Shown here: positions 38,645 to 55,827 of the stretch, piece by piece
Layout of the letters: each line of letters starts with the position of its first letter
Numbering within the stretch: the stretch's first letter is position 1
NCBI GenBank assembly: GCA_951406725.2
Contig: OX597815.1
Span: 59,582,001-59,646,000 of the forward strand
Direction: 5' to 3'
Source: Octopus vulgaris
Taxonomy: Eukaryota
DNA: 64,000 nucleotides
Translations under genes and position numbers: made by a program
Notes under the pieces: model-generated
Seen by the model: only the letters and a program-made list of their open reading frames with translations
The model's database searches: none
What the model was told of the DNA's origin: nothing

Positions 38645-40242
38645 CGTGCAGGCATGCCCTAGCGGGACCACTGAAGAAGCTCTTCAGTGGTTCCCTGGCT
38701 AACGGTAAACTGCCCAGGGCGCTAAAAGAAAGCACCATATGCCCTATCCACAAAGGAGGGAGTAGAGCAGAGGCCAAAAACTACAGGCCAGTCTCCCTGA
38801 CGTCACACATAAGTAAGGTCAAGGAACGAATCATCAGAAAAAAACTGATCACGTTCCTCGAAGAAACTAACCGTCTCACTGACACACAGCATGGCTTTCG
38901 CCCAGGAAGAAGCTGCCTTACGCAGCTGTTACAACACTACGACTGGGTACTGAAACAACTACTGGATCGCTCACAGGTGGATGTGGTATATCTCGACTTT
39001 GCGAAGGCCTTTGACAAAGTCGACCACGGAGTGATATGTCACAAATTACTCAGACTCGGCATAACAGGAAAAGTAGGTGAGTGGATACATGACTTCCTGA
39101 AGGACAGAAGCCAGATGGTTGCAGCCAATGGAGCCCTCTCGGGAAAGACAGCAATAGCAAGCGGGGTGCCACAGGGCACAGTTTTGGGACCCTTGCTGTT
39201 TTTGGTGGCGCTCTCTGACATGCCCTTGGTAGCACAAACAACATCCCTCACTAGCTATGCTGATGACACAAAGGTAGCACAGGCAATCAAAAACCCAGCT
39301 GATGCTGACCTTTTACAACAAGATCTGGATGCCATATACAAATGGGCTGAAGACAACAACATGCAATTTAATGCTGGTAAATTTCAAGCCTTACAATATC
39401 AAACTGTAAACACATATACATTACAACACAACTATACTGGTCCAGGAGGGATCGAAATCCCAGTATCGAAATCAATACGGGACCTGGGGATAGACATGAG
39501 TGACGATGCATCTTTTTCTTCACACATCGCGAAGGTGGCGACAATGTGCAGACGACTCACTGGCTGGATCCTGAGGACATTCCGGACAAGAGACTGCGAG
39601 ACCATGTTGACACTATGGAGGACATTTGTCCTAAGCCGCCTGGACTACTGCTCCCAACTGTGGTCACCGAATAGTGTCAAACTAACCACAGAGCTTGAGA
39701 CAATCCAAAGACATTTCACCAAGAGGATTTCCACCATGAAAGAAAAGAACTATTGGGAGAGGCTTAGGGAACTCAATTTGTACTCCTTGGAACGAAGACG
39801 AGAGAGATATGCAGTGATATACATATGGAAAATCCTGGAGGGACTAGCACCAAATTTTGGAATTGAGAGCTGTTCCAATCCCCGTACAGGACGTCACTGT
39901 GTGGTGCCAAAGGTCCCGTCTTCCACATCCAGGGTAAGGAGCAGATACTGTAATAGCCTGGGGTTCAGGGGCCCTCAGCTGTTCAACAAACTGCCAAGAA
40001 AACTAAGAGATCTACATGATGCGGATGTGGACATTTTCAAAAAACATCTAGACAAGCTGCTTTCCGGGATCCCAGATGAACCCACTGCAAGGTACGAAGG
40101 TAACCTGAGGGTAGCAGCTACAAACTCTCTCTTAGATCGGTGGCCAGCCACGGCAAACTGGACTTGGAGAGGGTAGCAACAAGGGCGGTGCCCCAGCATG
40201 GCCTCAGCCGGATGGCTGAAACAAGTAAAAGAGTAAAAGAGT
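38645..40242 (+). mobile_element. CR1-clade LINE family B, 5'-truncated
   Basis: RT motifs [24 protein letters not shown] and YADD; stop at 40176; (GTAAAAGA)n tail. Confidence 0.95.
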
Positions 40243-43272
<3,030 letters not shown>

Positions 43273-43274
43273 TA

Positions 43275-43319
<45 letters not shown>

Positions 43320-43609
43320 GTATATATACTACATATATATATATGTACATATATATATATATGTACATATATATATATAAAAAAATATGTACATATATAT
43401 ATATATATATATATGTATATAAATAAATATGTACATATATATATATATATAAATAAATATGTACATATATATATATATATATAAATAAATATGTACATAT
43501 ATATATATATATATATATATAATAAATAAATATGTACATATATATATAAATATGTACATATATATATAAATATGTACATATATATATAAATATGTACATA
43601 TATATATAA

Positions 43610-43644
<35 letters not shown>

Positions 43645-43648
43645 AATA

Positions 43649-43734
<86 letters not shown>

Positions 43735-45963
43735 ATTGTTTTTGCAAGCCTTATTATTATTGTATCCCCATCTAATAGCGTTATCGTTGTCTTTCGTCTC
43801 AAATGCTAGCTGAAGCATAAAAACTTTCACTCACAAAAACTTATTCACACCACCGCAAAGCATTTCATCTCAATCCTGTCTTCTTTCTGCCGCCTAAAAC
43901 CTCATCTCCCAATTCTCTCTCTCGCTATGTGGTGTCGGTTCTCCCTCTGTTTTCACTGTCTCTCTCTCTCTCTCTCTATCTCTATCTCTCTCTCTCTCTC
44001 TCGGTATATATCTCACCTTCACTCGCTACCGCAGGATGAAAAAACATCAGCTAAGTTCCCGACCTGTTTCCTCTTTTCATTGTTTTTGCAAGCCTTATTA
44101 TTATTGTATCCCCATCTAATAGCGTTATCGTTGTCTTTCGTCTCAAATGCTAGCTGAAGCATAAAAACTTTCACTCACAAAAACTTATTCACACCACCGC
44201 AAAGCATTTCATCTCAATCCTGTCTTCTTTCTGCCGCCTAAAACCTCATCTCCCAATTCTCTCTCTCGCTATGTGGTGTCGGTTCTCCCTCTGTTTTCAC
44301 TGTCTCTCTCTCTCTCTATCTCTATCTCTCTCTCTCTCTCTCGGTATATATCTCACCTTCACTCGCTACCGCAGGATGAAAAAACATCAGCTAAGTTCCC
44401 GACCTGTTTCCTCTTTTCATTGTTTTTGCAAGCCTTATTATTATTGTATCCCCATCTAATAGCGTTATCGTTGTCTTTCATCTCAAATGCTAGCTGAAGC
44501 ATAAAAACTTTCACTCACAAAAACTTATTCACACCACCGCAAAGCATTTCATCTCAATCCTGTCTTCTTTCTGCCGCCTAAAACCTCATCTCCCAATTCT
44601 CTCTCTCGCTATGTGGTGTCGGTTCTCCCTCTGTTTTCACTGTCTCTCTCTCTCTCTATCTCTATCTCTCTCTCTCTCTCTCGGTATATATCTCACCTTC
44701 ACTCGCTACCGCAGGATGAAAAAAACATCAGCTAAGTTCCCGACCTGTTTCCTCTTTTCATTGTTTTTGCAAGCCTTATTATTATTGTATCCCCATCTAA
44801 TAGCGTTATCGGTCTTTAGTCTCAAATGCTAGCTGAAGCATAAAAACTTTCACTCACAAAAACTTATTCACACCACCGCAAAGCATTTCATCTCAATCCT
44901 GTCTTCTTTCTGCCGCCTAAAACCTCATCTCCCAATTCTCTCTCTCGCTATGTGGTGTCGGTTCTCCCTCTGTTTTCACTGTCTCTCTCTCTCTCTCTCT
45001 ATCTCTATCTCTCTCTCTCTCTCTCGGTATATATCTCACCTTCACTCGCTACCGCAGGATGAAAAAACATCAGCTAAGTTCCCGACCTGTTTCCTCTTTT
45101 CATTGTTTTTGCAAGCCTTATTATTATTGTATCCCCATCTAATAGCGTTATCGTTGTCTTTCGTCTCAAATGCTAGCTGAAGCATAAAAACTTTCACTCA
45201 CAAAAACTTATTCACACCACCGCAAAGCATTTCATCTCAATCCTGTCTTCTTTCTGCCGCCTAAAACCTCATCTCCCAATTCTCTCTCTCGCTATGTGGT
45301 GTCGGTTCTCCCTCTGTTTTCACTGTCTCTCTCTCTCTCTATCTCTATCTCTCTCTCTCTCTCTCGGTATATATCTCACCTTCACTCGCTACCGCAGGAT
45401 GAAAAAACATCAGCTAAGTTCCCGACCTGTTTCCTCTTTTCATTGTTTTTGCAAGCCTTATTATTATTGTATCCCCATCTAATAGCGTTATCGTTGTCTT
45501 TAGTCTCAAATGCTAGCTGAAGCATAAAAACTTTCACTCACAAAAACTTATTCACACCACCGCAAAGCATTTCATCTCAATCCTGTCTTCTTTCTGCCGC
45601 CTAAAACCTCATCTCCCAATTCTCTCTCTCGCTATGTGGTGTCGGTTCTCCCTCTGTTTTCACTGTCTCTCTCTCTCTCTCTCTATCTCTATCTCTCTCT
45701 CTCTCTCTCGGTATATATCTCACCTTCACTCGCTACCGCAGGATGAAAAAACATCAGATAAGTTCCCGACCTGTTTCCTCTTTTCATTGTTTTTGCAAGC
45801 CTTATTATTATTGTATCCCCATCTAATAGCGTTATCGTTGTCTTTCGACTCAAATGCTAGCTGAAGCATAAAAACTTTCACTCACAAAAACTTATTCACA
45901 CCACCGCAAAGCATTTCATCTCAATCCTGTCTTCTTTCTGCCGCCTAAAACCTCATCTCCCAA
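43735..45963. repeat. Tandem satellite, ~339-344-bp unit, ~6.5 copies
   Basis: Equivalent positions at 43927, 44271, 44611, 44950, 45294 and 45634; length variation lies mostly in an internal (CT)n run. Confidence 0.97.
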
Positions 45964-46217
45964 TGCGCGGTGCGCCCGCCCTCCCACCCCCACCACCAAT
46001 ACCGGATATCTCGATATTTTGCTCCATCTATACCGGATGTCGCTTCTCCCACCACCATTATAGGTGTCTACTCTTCAAACCCCCCTCTTCAATACGCTAT
46101 TTCACCATGCATTACCCCTCTCTCGATATCCTACGTTCTACTTGCCTAGAACCTGTCATCATTTCTCTGAACCACCCCTCCCCACTGGTGCTCCCCTATA
46201 TTTCTGCAACCCCCCCC

Positions 46218-46462
46218 ACATAAAAAGCACCATCCGAACGTGGCCGATGCCAGACCCCTCTGGCACCTGTGCAGGTGGCACGTAAAAAGCACCCACTACA
46301 CTCGCGGAGTGGTTGGCGTTAGGAAGGGCATCCAGCTGTAGAAACACTGCCAGACTAGACTGGAGCCTGGGGCAGTCCCGAGCTCCCCAGACCCCGGTCG
46401 AAACCGTCCAACCCGTGCTAGCGCGGAAAACGGACGTTAAACGATGATGATGATGATGATGA
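46218..46462 (+). mobile_element. RTE 3' UTR/tail, third subfamily
   Basis: GAGTGGTTGGCGTTAGGAAGGGCATCCAGCTGTAGAAAC...CGGACGTTAAACG followed by (ATG)n. Confidence 0.88.
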
Positions 46463-47014
46463 TATATGTATATATATTTATATATATATATATATACACA
46501 CATACAAACACATGCATTTATGGGTACTGGACTTCACCAACGGTGCAAATGACATGAAATACATAAACAAATGAGGGAAAAACAAGTGAAATATGTAAAT
46601 AATGAGAAAAAAATGGAAAAGAAGATAAGTAAACACAGAGAAAGGACCCTTCATCAGTTGTTGGCTATCTGTTTACTCCTCATTTTGAGAATTCAATGAC
46701 AATATGAGTCTTCAAAGACAGTTGCTCCCATAAATTCTAAAATAAAATTAAGGATCAAAGGTGGGAACAAAATAATGACAGTGGAGATATACAAGAAAAT
46801 TGAATGGAAACAAACATGGAGGGTCGTTAGCCCAGTATGAGCGGAAAATAGTGACTGCTGGGAGGAACATTTCTTTTTGAAAACAGAAAAGATAGAAGAG
46901 AGAGGGAAAAATACATCTGCTCTTTTAAATGTTTATGCAGGAAAAGAAAGATGGTCACGTGAGGAAAAGATAGATGGACACTGGTCACATGTGAGCAACG
47001 AATGAGAGAGAGAA

Positions 47015-47081
<67 letters not shown>

Positions 47082-47239
47082 AAGATAGGAGAGAGACAGA
47101 TCGAAAATTGGTGAAGGAGGGAAGGGGAGAAAAATGGAGTTAGAGAAGAATGGAGGAAGAAAACAGTATAGAGTAGAGAGTTGCATCAAAAAGGTGAAGA
47201 TAAACTTACTTGGAAATGGATGCATGTGTGTATGTGTGT

Positions 47240-47280
<41 letters not shown>

Positions 47281-47663
47281 CGTTTGTATCTGAGAGGGAA
47301 GAAGAAGTATTATTTCCGTTGGCCTGCTGGACCTCCTGTGGTTTTCTAAGAATTTTGGCTCTCTGTCCAGTCTGGTGTCACTGAGTGTGTGTTGTGCGTA
47401 GGCTGGCCGGACAAATGTCATTTGGGGTCACACTTTCTATGATCGCACACAAACACACACGGACACACAGAGAGACACACACACACACCTCCACAAAACG
47501 ATCATAGAAAGTGTGACCCCAAATGACATTTGTCCGGCCAGCCTACGCACAACACACACTCAGTGACACCAGACTGGACAGAGAGCCAAAATTCTTAGAA
47601 AACCACAGGAGGTCCAGCAGGCCAACGGAAATAATACTTCTTCTTCCCTCTCAGATACAAACG
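47281..47663. repeat. Perfect 165-bp inverted repeat with a 53-bp spacer
   Basis: 47281-47445 is the reverse complement of 47499-47663; the flanking (TG)n/(CA)n runs extend the pairing. Confidence 0.96.
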
Positions 47664-47695
<32 letters not shown>

Positions 47696-47822
47696 TACAC
47701 ACACACACATACACATACACACATGTTTTCTCTGTCTCACTTCCTCCTCACCCTTTTATACTGTCTTATTCCTCCCCACTACTACGAAACTATAAAATGT
47801 TCAAATTCCACACCACGGAATT

Positions 47823-47869
47823 GATTTGATTTGAAAACCCCACTGGATTGGGAGAAAGCGCTAATAATC
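47823..47869 (+). ncRNA. Hammerhead ribozyme, U3-A8 variant, weak helix I
   Basis: GATTtgAT-TTGAAAA-cCCCA(ctggat)TGGGa-GAAA-GCGC-TA-ATAATC. Confidence 0.65.
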
Positions 47870-48020
47870 CGAATGATATGATCTGAATGATATGATATAT
47901 ATGTAAAAAATGTAATATATAAATAAATATCTATAAATGTGAACCATCCGATCTGATTACCTCATTTTTTCTAATATATAATACCTGTACATCATCTCCA
48001 AACCTTCCAATATATATATC

Positions 48021-48053
<33 letters not shown>

Positions 48054-48844
48054 ACACAAGCATATATGGGTACAGGACGTCACTAACAGTGCAAATAACA
48101 TATATTATATACATATATATACACACATACATACATGCATAGAGAAGGAGAGAGAGAGAGAGAGAAGAAACATCCCCACTCAGACACCCAGTTAATTCCG
48201 CTTAATTACCTGAGCAAAATACAGATATATAATTACATAATTTAGTTAACTGCATATGCAAATAATACAAATTTAGGTAAATTATATCATAAATTTAATA
48301 AACATACATTTTGCCTCACTGCTCAAATAGACTATATAATTAAACCACATGCTCTTTATACACACTGAACTGCAAGACAATTCAACTAGTTTGTCTGGTC
48401 ATTACTAGTTCACAGTGCCATTATTGGAAAAGACTTCAATGTATACACCACTTCCTGGTTTTAAAGTAGCACAGATAACAAGATGGTGACATAATGTCAT
48501 TTTAATCAGACTCCCTTTACATCTTACACAATCAAAACCAACACACATACATACTTCCCTAAGTCAATTACGGCAGTTCTTCAGATATCACTTCTGCTCT
48601 CCAAACTTAGCTACCACAATCCTTGGCAAACAATTCTCCAATTTTTCTCAAAGTAACTACCAATTATCATCACAACACATTTGCACATCAATGAAGGAAG
48701 CAAAAACCCTGTTTACAAATCTCAAAAGTACACAAAGGAACAAGTTCAACCAAGAATTTACTATAGATACATTTGTGTCTAATGTAATGGACAGATTAAG
48801 ACCTTCAAAAAAGCCTATCAGGTTCTTCCTGAATTTATCTATGG

Positions 48845-50442
48845 CACATTCAGATGGTGCTTTTTACATGCCACTGGCACAGGAGCTTGTCAGGAGTTAC
48901 TGGCATCGGTCACGATCGGTTGGTGCTTTTTACATGCTACCGGCACAGGAGCCAGTCAGACGGACCTGGCATCAACCACGTTCAGATGGTGCTTTTACAT
49001 GCCATCGGCACTGGAGACAGTCAGAGGGCACTGGCCCCAGCTACGATATTGGTTTTACTTGACTCAACAGGTCTTCTCAAGCATATTGTATTGCCCAATG
49101 CATCAGGAGTATTCTTAATAGGGCTGGACGTGTGTGGCTGCGATCTAACTTTAGTTGCCAGGTCTTCTCAACCACAACGTATCTCCAAAGGTCCCGGCCT
49201 CTGTGAGGCCCAATGTTTGAAAGTCATCCTATGTCTTCCTGGGTCTACCTATTTCACAGGTTACTTCTACAGTTAGAGAGTGGCACTTCCTCACACAGCT
49301 TCATTCATATGTAACACATGAGCATACCAGCGCAGTCACCTCTCTGGTACACCACATTTGATGCTTCTTACACCCAAATTTTCTCTTGGGGCACTTACAT
49401 TCTGTCGTGTATGCACACTGACATTACACATCCAACTAGCTTCATCTCTTTCAAGCCTACGCATGTCCTCGGCATTCATGACCCATGTTTCACTGCCGTG
49501 TAGCATGGCAGTTCGCACACATGCATCATACAGTCAACCTTTCACCCTGAGCAAGAGACCCTTAGTTGCCAGCAGAGGTAGGAGCTCCCTGAACTTTACC
49601 CAGGCTATTCTTACTCTAGTCACTACACTATCAGAGCAACCACCCCCACTACAGACTTAGTCACTTAGTTTCTTCCCCTGGCATGTGATGGAATCTGTTT
49701 TCTGTACATCTTCAGAGTTTATTACCCCAGTGCATCTGCCACACACAAAAACTATTTTCTTGGTTAACCTTCCTTTGATATTGCTGCACCTTTTATGTGT
49801 TCATAGCTTACACATCAAACATTGTATGGAGTTTCTATCCACACCTTTTTTACAGATGAAGCAGGGCCATCTGCCTGAAGTGGGTTGTGATTTGACAGCC
49901 TTCCTACTTACTAAGACGTAGGTTTTGGCTAGGTTAACCCTAAGGCCCTCAGATTCTAGACCTTGCTTCCACACCCTAAACCTTGTCTCCAGTTCTGGCA
50001 GTGACTCGGCTATTAGAGCGAGGTCATCAGCATAGAGGTGCTCCAAGGGGCAGCCTGTCTTGAATTCCTCTGTTATTGTCTGGAGGACTATAATGAATAA
50101 GAGGGGGCTGAGGACTGATCCTTGGTGAATCCCAACTTCTACTCAGAATTTTTCACTATACTCGTTGCCCACCCTCACCTTACTGACAGTGTCCCTGTAC
50201 AGAGCTTGTACAGTTCTTACCAGCCACTTGTCTATCCCCAGTTTCTGCATTGACCACTAGATAAGGGATCGGGGGACCCTGTCATAGGCTTTCTCCAAGT
50301 CAACAAAGGCCAAGTACAAAGGTTTATCTTTGGCTAGGTATTTCTCCTGCAGTTGCCTTACCAGAAATATAGCATCAGTGGTGCTTCTGCCTGACACAAA
50401 ACCAAACTGCATCTCATCTAGGCTAACTCTCTCCCTAATTAG
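48845..50442 (-). mobile_element. Old, decayed RTE copy
   Basis: LYADDLALIAES, WPCFICKKG and LHGSETW with multiple stops; 3' UTR repeats at 48845-49170. Confidence 0.9.
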
Positions 50443-50670
50443 TTATATGCATATATATATATATATATGCATATATTCATGTGTAACTACATATATGAAC
50501 ACACATGCACACACACACAAACTGTTCATATATAGATATAAGTGTGTGTAATACTTAATTATAAAGAAACTAGAGAAGTGCTAATCCAATCCTTCTGCTT
50601 TCCATATATCAACTTAAATATGCTTACACATGCACACATATATAATGTTTAAGGAATGAAATTTTCTTAC

Positions 50671-50757
50671 AATTCTTAAAGGGACAAAAACCGGTATTCC
50701 ACCAGCAGTTCTGACCATTGGTTCATAGCAGTCAAAAAATGGCTCAATGATAATAAC
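50671..50757 (-). CDS. KYAT: Internal exon of a kynurenine--oxoglutarate transaminase-like gene (KYAT1/KYAT3, class I PLP aminotransferase)
   Basis: tttttccatgtcacag|GTT...ATT|gtaaga; 87 nt, phase 0-0; encodes [29 protein letters not shown], closely matching my recall of the KYAT segment [23 protein letters not shown]. Confidence 0.9.
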
Positions 50758-52216
50758 CTGTGACATGGAAAAACAAAAATGAGAAAAAAAGCCATTTGTA
50801 ATTATTTGCATACAACAATAACAAACAATTTGCATACAAGAATAACAAACAATTTGCATACAAGAATAACAAACAATAATAGAACATTAACCCTTTGAAG
50901 ACATAGTCTTATTTGGAATTTCAGTGCCAAGAAGATGGAGCCCTTTTCATAAGCCCTACAAAGGGCATGCACTTATTTTTTTAAAAAAGTTATAAAAGAT
51001 AAATTAATGACTTTACATATATAAACCTACATCCATGTAGGAAATTGAATGAACTAATACAATCTTCTTCATCATTCAACATTTCGGCTGATAGATTGGC
51101 CCTTTCATCTCCTAAGGGTTAATATGTATTCATCAAAGGATCTTTTCCTGGGCAGTATTTTATGAAAAGGATTGCCAACAAGGAGGACATCCTGATGGCA
51201 ACACTTTTAGTCACTGTATGGATACAGTATACCTATTCTGAACCAAGTTAAATTTATTAGAGAATGGGAAAGGCTGAGAATGACATGGCTAAAGCAGATG
51301 GAGAAAATATAGAAAAGTGGAGTGGTTAGTGAGGCAGTGATATAGAGGATATGGTAAAATGACCTTAAAACAGTTGTATTGTTAAGTACTTCAAATGAAG
51401 TAAATCCCTAATGCTGAAAGCAATATTTCAGACTTCAATCTCTGGTAAAAATCACAAAATGGAAGCAGAATCAGTGATTTACATCTCTCTATTTAGGTAT
51501 GCAAATAGTTGCTTTTAATATATCACAAAAAAAAAAAAAAAAAAGAACACTAAGGTTAATTAATTATATAAAAACCTTGATAGCAAGGCAAACTTGCTAC
51601 AAAGTTCTTTATCAAAACACACACTGTCTTTTCTTATCTCAGCATAAAATTTTCATTGAGGGAAAACACTGCAACTTACACAAAATTTCATTCCTGAAGA
51701 AATTTACAACCTGTTCATGCATTACTGTTAAATAGTAATTCTTAAAGCACACCCCCATCAGGATAACACAAAATAATGTAGGAGCCTTTATGCAGTGGTT
51801 CAACTTGCTTGAAATAGCATAAACAAAAGCAAAACATCTTCCATTTTTTCTATAATATCTATCTGCAGCAATTTTGTAATAGCTACTGTAACTTTATCTT
51901 TCAACAAAGTGTGAAGTAGTTTTATTTGTTAAACAAAATGATCCAATATCCTAATCAAAAAAATTCTTTAAATGCATCACCCTTATTTTCAGTGTGTCAA
52001 ATTAAGGATATGATGGAACTAATTTAATTACAATTTTTAATAAACATAAATCATGGGTATTTCATAAGTCAGTTTTTTTGGGGTTTTTTTCACAATTACA
52101 TCTTGTACAGATCAATTAATTTGTTATAAATCTGTCTATAATTCTCAAAGAAAATTTCCCTCTACATATAATCAACCTTTCTTCTACTCAATGATTTCTT
52201 CATAATCTTTTTCCAA

Positions 52217-52535
52217 TTAGGTCATCCCATAAATAATGCAGTTTTTTTCAATTGCATGAACTAATAGTAGGAGAGGCATGGGTTAAATTACTAGCATCAA
52301 CTTGTTATAAAAGCAGCTAGTAATTTTACCTTGTACTTGTTCTTAATGCAAATTCTGAAGAGTGCAGTTCGATTTTAACAGCTATTTTTTCAAAGCTATA
52401 ATGGAAGTGGCAAAGGAGCATATTCAACATATTTTGCTTTATGAGTTCAATAAAGGCAAGAATGCAACAGAAAGAGCGAGAAATATTAATGCAGTATATC
52501 AGTATCAGACAAGAAGCATCAGCCAGTGTCAACCC
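52217..52535 (+). mobile_element. Mariner-type DNA transposon, 5' fragment
   Basis: TIR-like TTAGGTCATCCCATAAATAATGC; ATG at 52401 gives MEVAKEHIQHILLYEFNKGKNATERARNINAVY, a mariner N-terminal HTH. Confidence 0.8.
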
Positions 52536-52554
52536 TACACGGCAGGGTAACATG

Positions 52555-53165
52555 AGCTGTAACTACTGAGGACAAGTGTAGGCCTGAAAGAAATGAAGCT
52601 AGTATGCTTCACTGGATGTGTGATGTTAGTGTGCATGTATGACAGAGTGTCAATGTCCTGAGAGAAGTTGAGCATAAGAGGCATCAGATGTGGTGTGCAA
52701 AAGAGAAGACAGTGCTAGTATGGTCATGTGAAGCATAGGATTGAGGACAGCTGCGTAAAGAAGTGCCAGTCTCTAACTATGGAGGGAACCTATGGAACAG
52801 GTAGACCTAGGAAGACATGGGATGAGGTGGTGAAGCATGATCTTTGAACACTGAGCCTGATGAAGGTGATGACAAGTGACTGAGACCTTTGGCAATATGC
52901 CGTACTTGAGAAGACTCATCAAACCAAGTGAAACTGTAGTTGTGACCAATGCTGGTGTCACATAAAAGCACCCATGCCAGTGACATGTTAAAAGTACCCG
53001 TTACACTCTTGGAGTGGTTGGTATTAGAAGGACATCCAGTCACAGAAACCATGCCAAATCACACTGGAACTTGGTGTAACTCTCCAGCTTATCAGTTCCA
53101 GTCAAACCACCTAATCCATGCCAGCATGAAAAGTGGATCCTAAATGATAATGATGATCATGAAGA
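52555..53165 (+). mobile_element. Old RTE 3' fragment
   Basis: Decayed RNEASMLHWMC and GRPRKTWDEVVKHDL; degenerate (GAT)n tail. Confidence 0.85.
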
Positions 53166-53898
53166 TGAATTACAACAGACATTTGAGAGTGTCTAATTCC
53201 CATGTGTCCTCGGACAGATTAAATTAATATAAGTCTAATTTTTTTTTAGTTTATTCCCATCATACACTCACTTCTGGCTTCTCCTGATTTATTATTATTA
53301 TAAATAATAAAAATATACCTTTGAAGAACTTTTAAATGTTAATAAGAATTATCTCCCCTGCAAAGTAGCTCTCAATGTTCTGTTATACAATTGATGGTAG
53401 CCATGTTTAATTCATGGAGATAAAATTACCATACAGATAAGTTAACATTTCTTTTTACTAAAATTTCTTTTTCCTACTTTTATTCCACATTTCTGATCCT
53501 TATTTAATAAAGTAAAATTATTCCAACAACTTCTAGTTATATAATTTTAGTTTGTCATGTCTTAATATATGATGTAAATAGCAAAATAAGTTCATATAAG
53601 ATAGACCTGAAGATTGGCAATATAACCAGAGACATTCTATTTCAGCAATATCAAGGAATATGTTGTCATGAAATGCACGGTCAAGATAATGTAAAGTATA
53701 TGATTTGTAATAAGAATTGAAGGTATTAATTTTGATAATTTGGAATAAGAATTGTAGGTATCAATTTTGATAATTTTAATATTTAGTCCTATATAAACAT
53801 ATTGTGGATAATATCATTCAATGATGATTGAGTTCCTTGTGGGTGATTCTGTCTCTTAAACCTATCTATATATATACATATATAAATATACATATATA

Positions 53899-53945
<47 letters not shown>

Positions 53946-53961
53946 GTGTACATACATATAC

Positions 53962-54009
<48 letters not shown>

Positions 54010-54420
54010 TTTTTAAATATTTTAAATATTTTAAAAATGTTTCAGCTGCAAAGCTGCAGTCATGCTGGAGCACCACCATTGACTGAGCCACACCATTATT
54101 TGAAACCTCCTCTAATATGTGGTATTTGGTCAATGAGGGAGTTCGATGCTGCTGCCCTCATCTGTGTTTCCTGAGGTAGGCTTGTCTGGAATCCGTAACA
54201 GGAAGTGATCCAGTTTTGGTTTAAAGACATTTACATCCACACCATGCAGGTCTCTCAAGCATTTTGGAAGAGCTATGGGCCCTTGAAGCCCAAGCTGTTG
54301 CAGTATCTGGTCATGTATTTTGATAACGATGCTGGGGATCTTTGGCACTATGCAGTGGCACCCCATTCTACAGTTTGAGTAACTTTCAATGCCAAAGTTT
54401 GGTACAAAGCCTTCTAGTTT
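54010..54420 (-). mobile_element. Old CR1 3' fragment (third family)
   Basis: [34 protein letters not shown]; 3' CTCCAGCATGACTGCAGCTTTGCAGCTGAAAC; (TTTAAAATA)-type tail. Confidence 0.85.
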
Positions 54421-55012
54421 TTTGTTGGCAGCAAATAAAATAATACTGGCATTTCTTTGAAAAATTTCCAAAAATTACTAAATATCAGGCTAAGAAAAAA
54501 AACTGTGCTTGCACGGTGAATCTGAAAAATTATAATACATAAGCACAGGGCACATGCTGGATTGCCCCGTATTTATATGTTTAATCTTGACGTACCTGTT
54601 AATGAAGGTTCCACCTAGCAAATTATTTTATTTGCTAATATAGAGCTAGAAATCATGGTCCAGGAGATAGATAGTAAATGGTTTTATTTTTCATTCCCTT
54701 CAAAATTTATCTCTAATAGTGGTTTGGATTTTGCCTATTACTTCAAGCGTGCTAGGTATCCTATGATAGTTACCTCTTATGTGTTTAACTGTACACTGTA
54801 TTCATATACATATATATATATATATATACACTCAATATTTGGGGATTAATCAATATGCAGGTATTCTATTTCAGATAATACAAAAATAACGTAATGAGTA
54901 TATCTAACAGTAAACTTATGGTATCAGTTTCCACATCACGAAATAATACACTTTCTGTGCCCTGTCAGTATTAGCAAAGGGAAACCATCCTTCCCATCTT
55001 CAACCTATGATA

Positions 55013-55057
55013 CACACAGACTCAAGTTTCTGGGTATTGACCCGACATCAGCGTGTG
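55013..55057 (-). ncRNA. Hammerhead ribozyme, CTGATGT (A9U) variant
   Basis: Minus strand reads CACACG-CTGATGT-cGGGT(caat)ACCCa-GAAA-CTTGAG-TC-TGTGTG. Confidence 0.72.
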
Positions 55058-55299
55058 ACAATCACGAGTTGTCGATGAAAAGTAGGCCTCCCTTTGCAAA
55101 TATATATGATTTTTCAAGTCATGAAAAGTCACTGATATCGAAAGAGTGTAAACAAGCAACAATAAATCTCTGAGCGAGGTATAAACAGTAGCTGCAACAC
55201 ATCGTGAAGTATATTTGCCACTTAAATGTCTATATACATATAGATATATATATACACATACATATATCCATATATATATGTATATTTGAGTAGTTGAAT

Positions 55300-55460
55300 G
55301 AATTATCCTGTTATGGATAATTCGGTTAACCGATACCTGGGTAGCAAATTCACATCAGAGAAGACACATTCCTTCGCAATTAGGAATATGCAGGCTTCGA
55401 AACATATGTCGAAAATAAAGGAATTTTGTTAATTCGTCGTTCAACTCCATTCTTTCATAT
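55300..55460 (+). mobile_element. Mini-derivative of the 41121-43272 PLE (5' head joined to 3' end)
   Basis: 55300-55367 matches 41121-41188; 55368-55458 matches 43175-43270, including GAAACATATGTC. Confidence 0.85.
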
Positions 55461-55772
55461 ATATATGTACATATATATATATATATATGTATATATATAC
55501 GCATATATATACACACACATATACTTATATACACATACATATACATATATATACACACACACACACATATACACATATTGTATGTACATATTTTGCATAT
55601 TCATGTGTTTGCATGTCTGTATTTATATGCTTTTACATGTGTGTGTGTATATATATATGGTTATGTGTTTCATTTTTCATTTGTGTATGTGAGCTTGTCT
55701 TTTCATATAACTTATTTTCCTATCCGTCTGTACCTTTACTTTCATATCTATAAGCGTAATATGTGCATATAC

Positions 55773-55827
<55 letters not shown>

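Noticed and set aside
43927-45864. Repeated hydrophobic ORFs, a CTGATGT motif and a possible 1023-bp three-unit period in the satellite
   Set aside because: Frames vary with (CT)n length, no matching GAAA/UH or helices were found, and unit variants do not follow a clean three-unit pattern.
54590-54625. Possible 19-nt minus-strand micro-exon (ag|GTGGAACCTTCATTAACAG|gt)
   Set aside because: Weak polypyrimidine tract and no recognisable similarity to KYAT.
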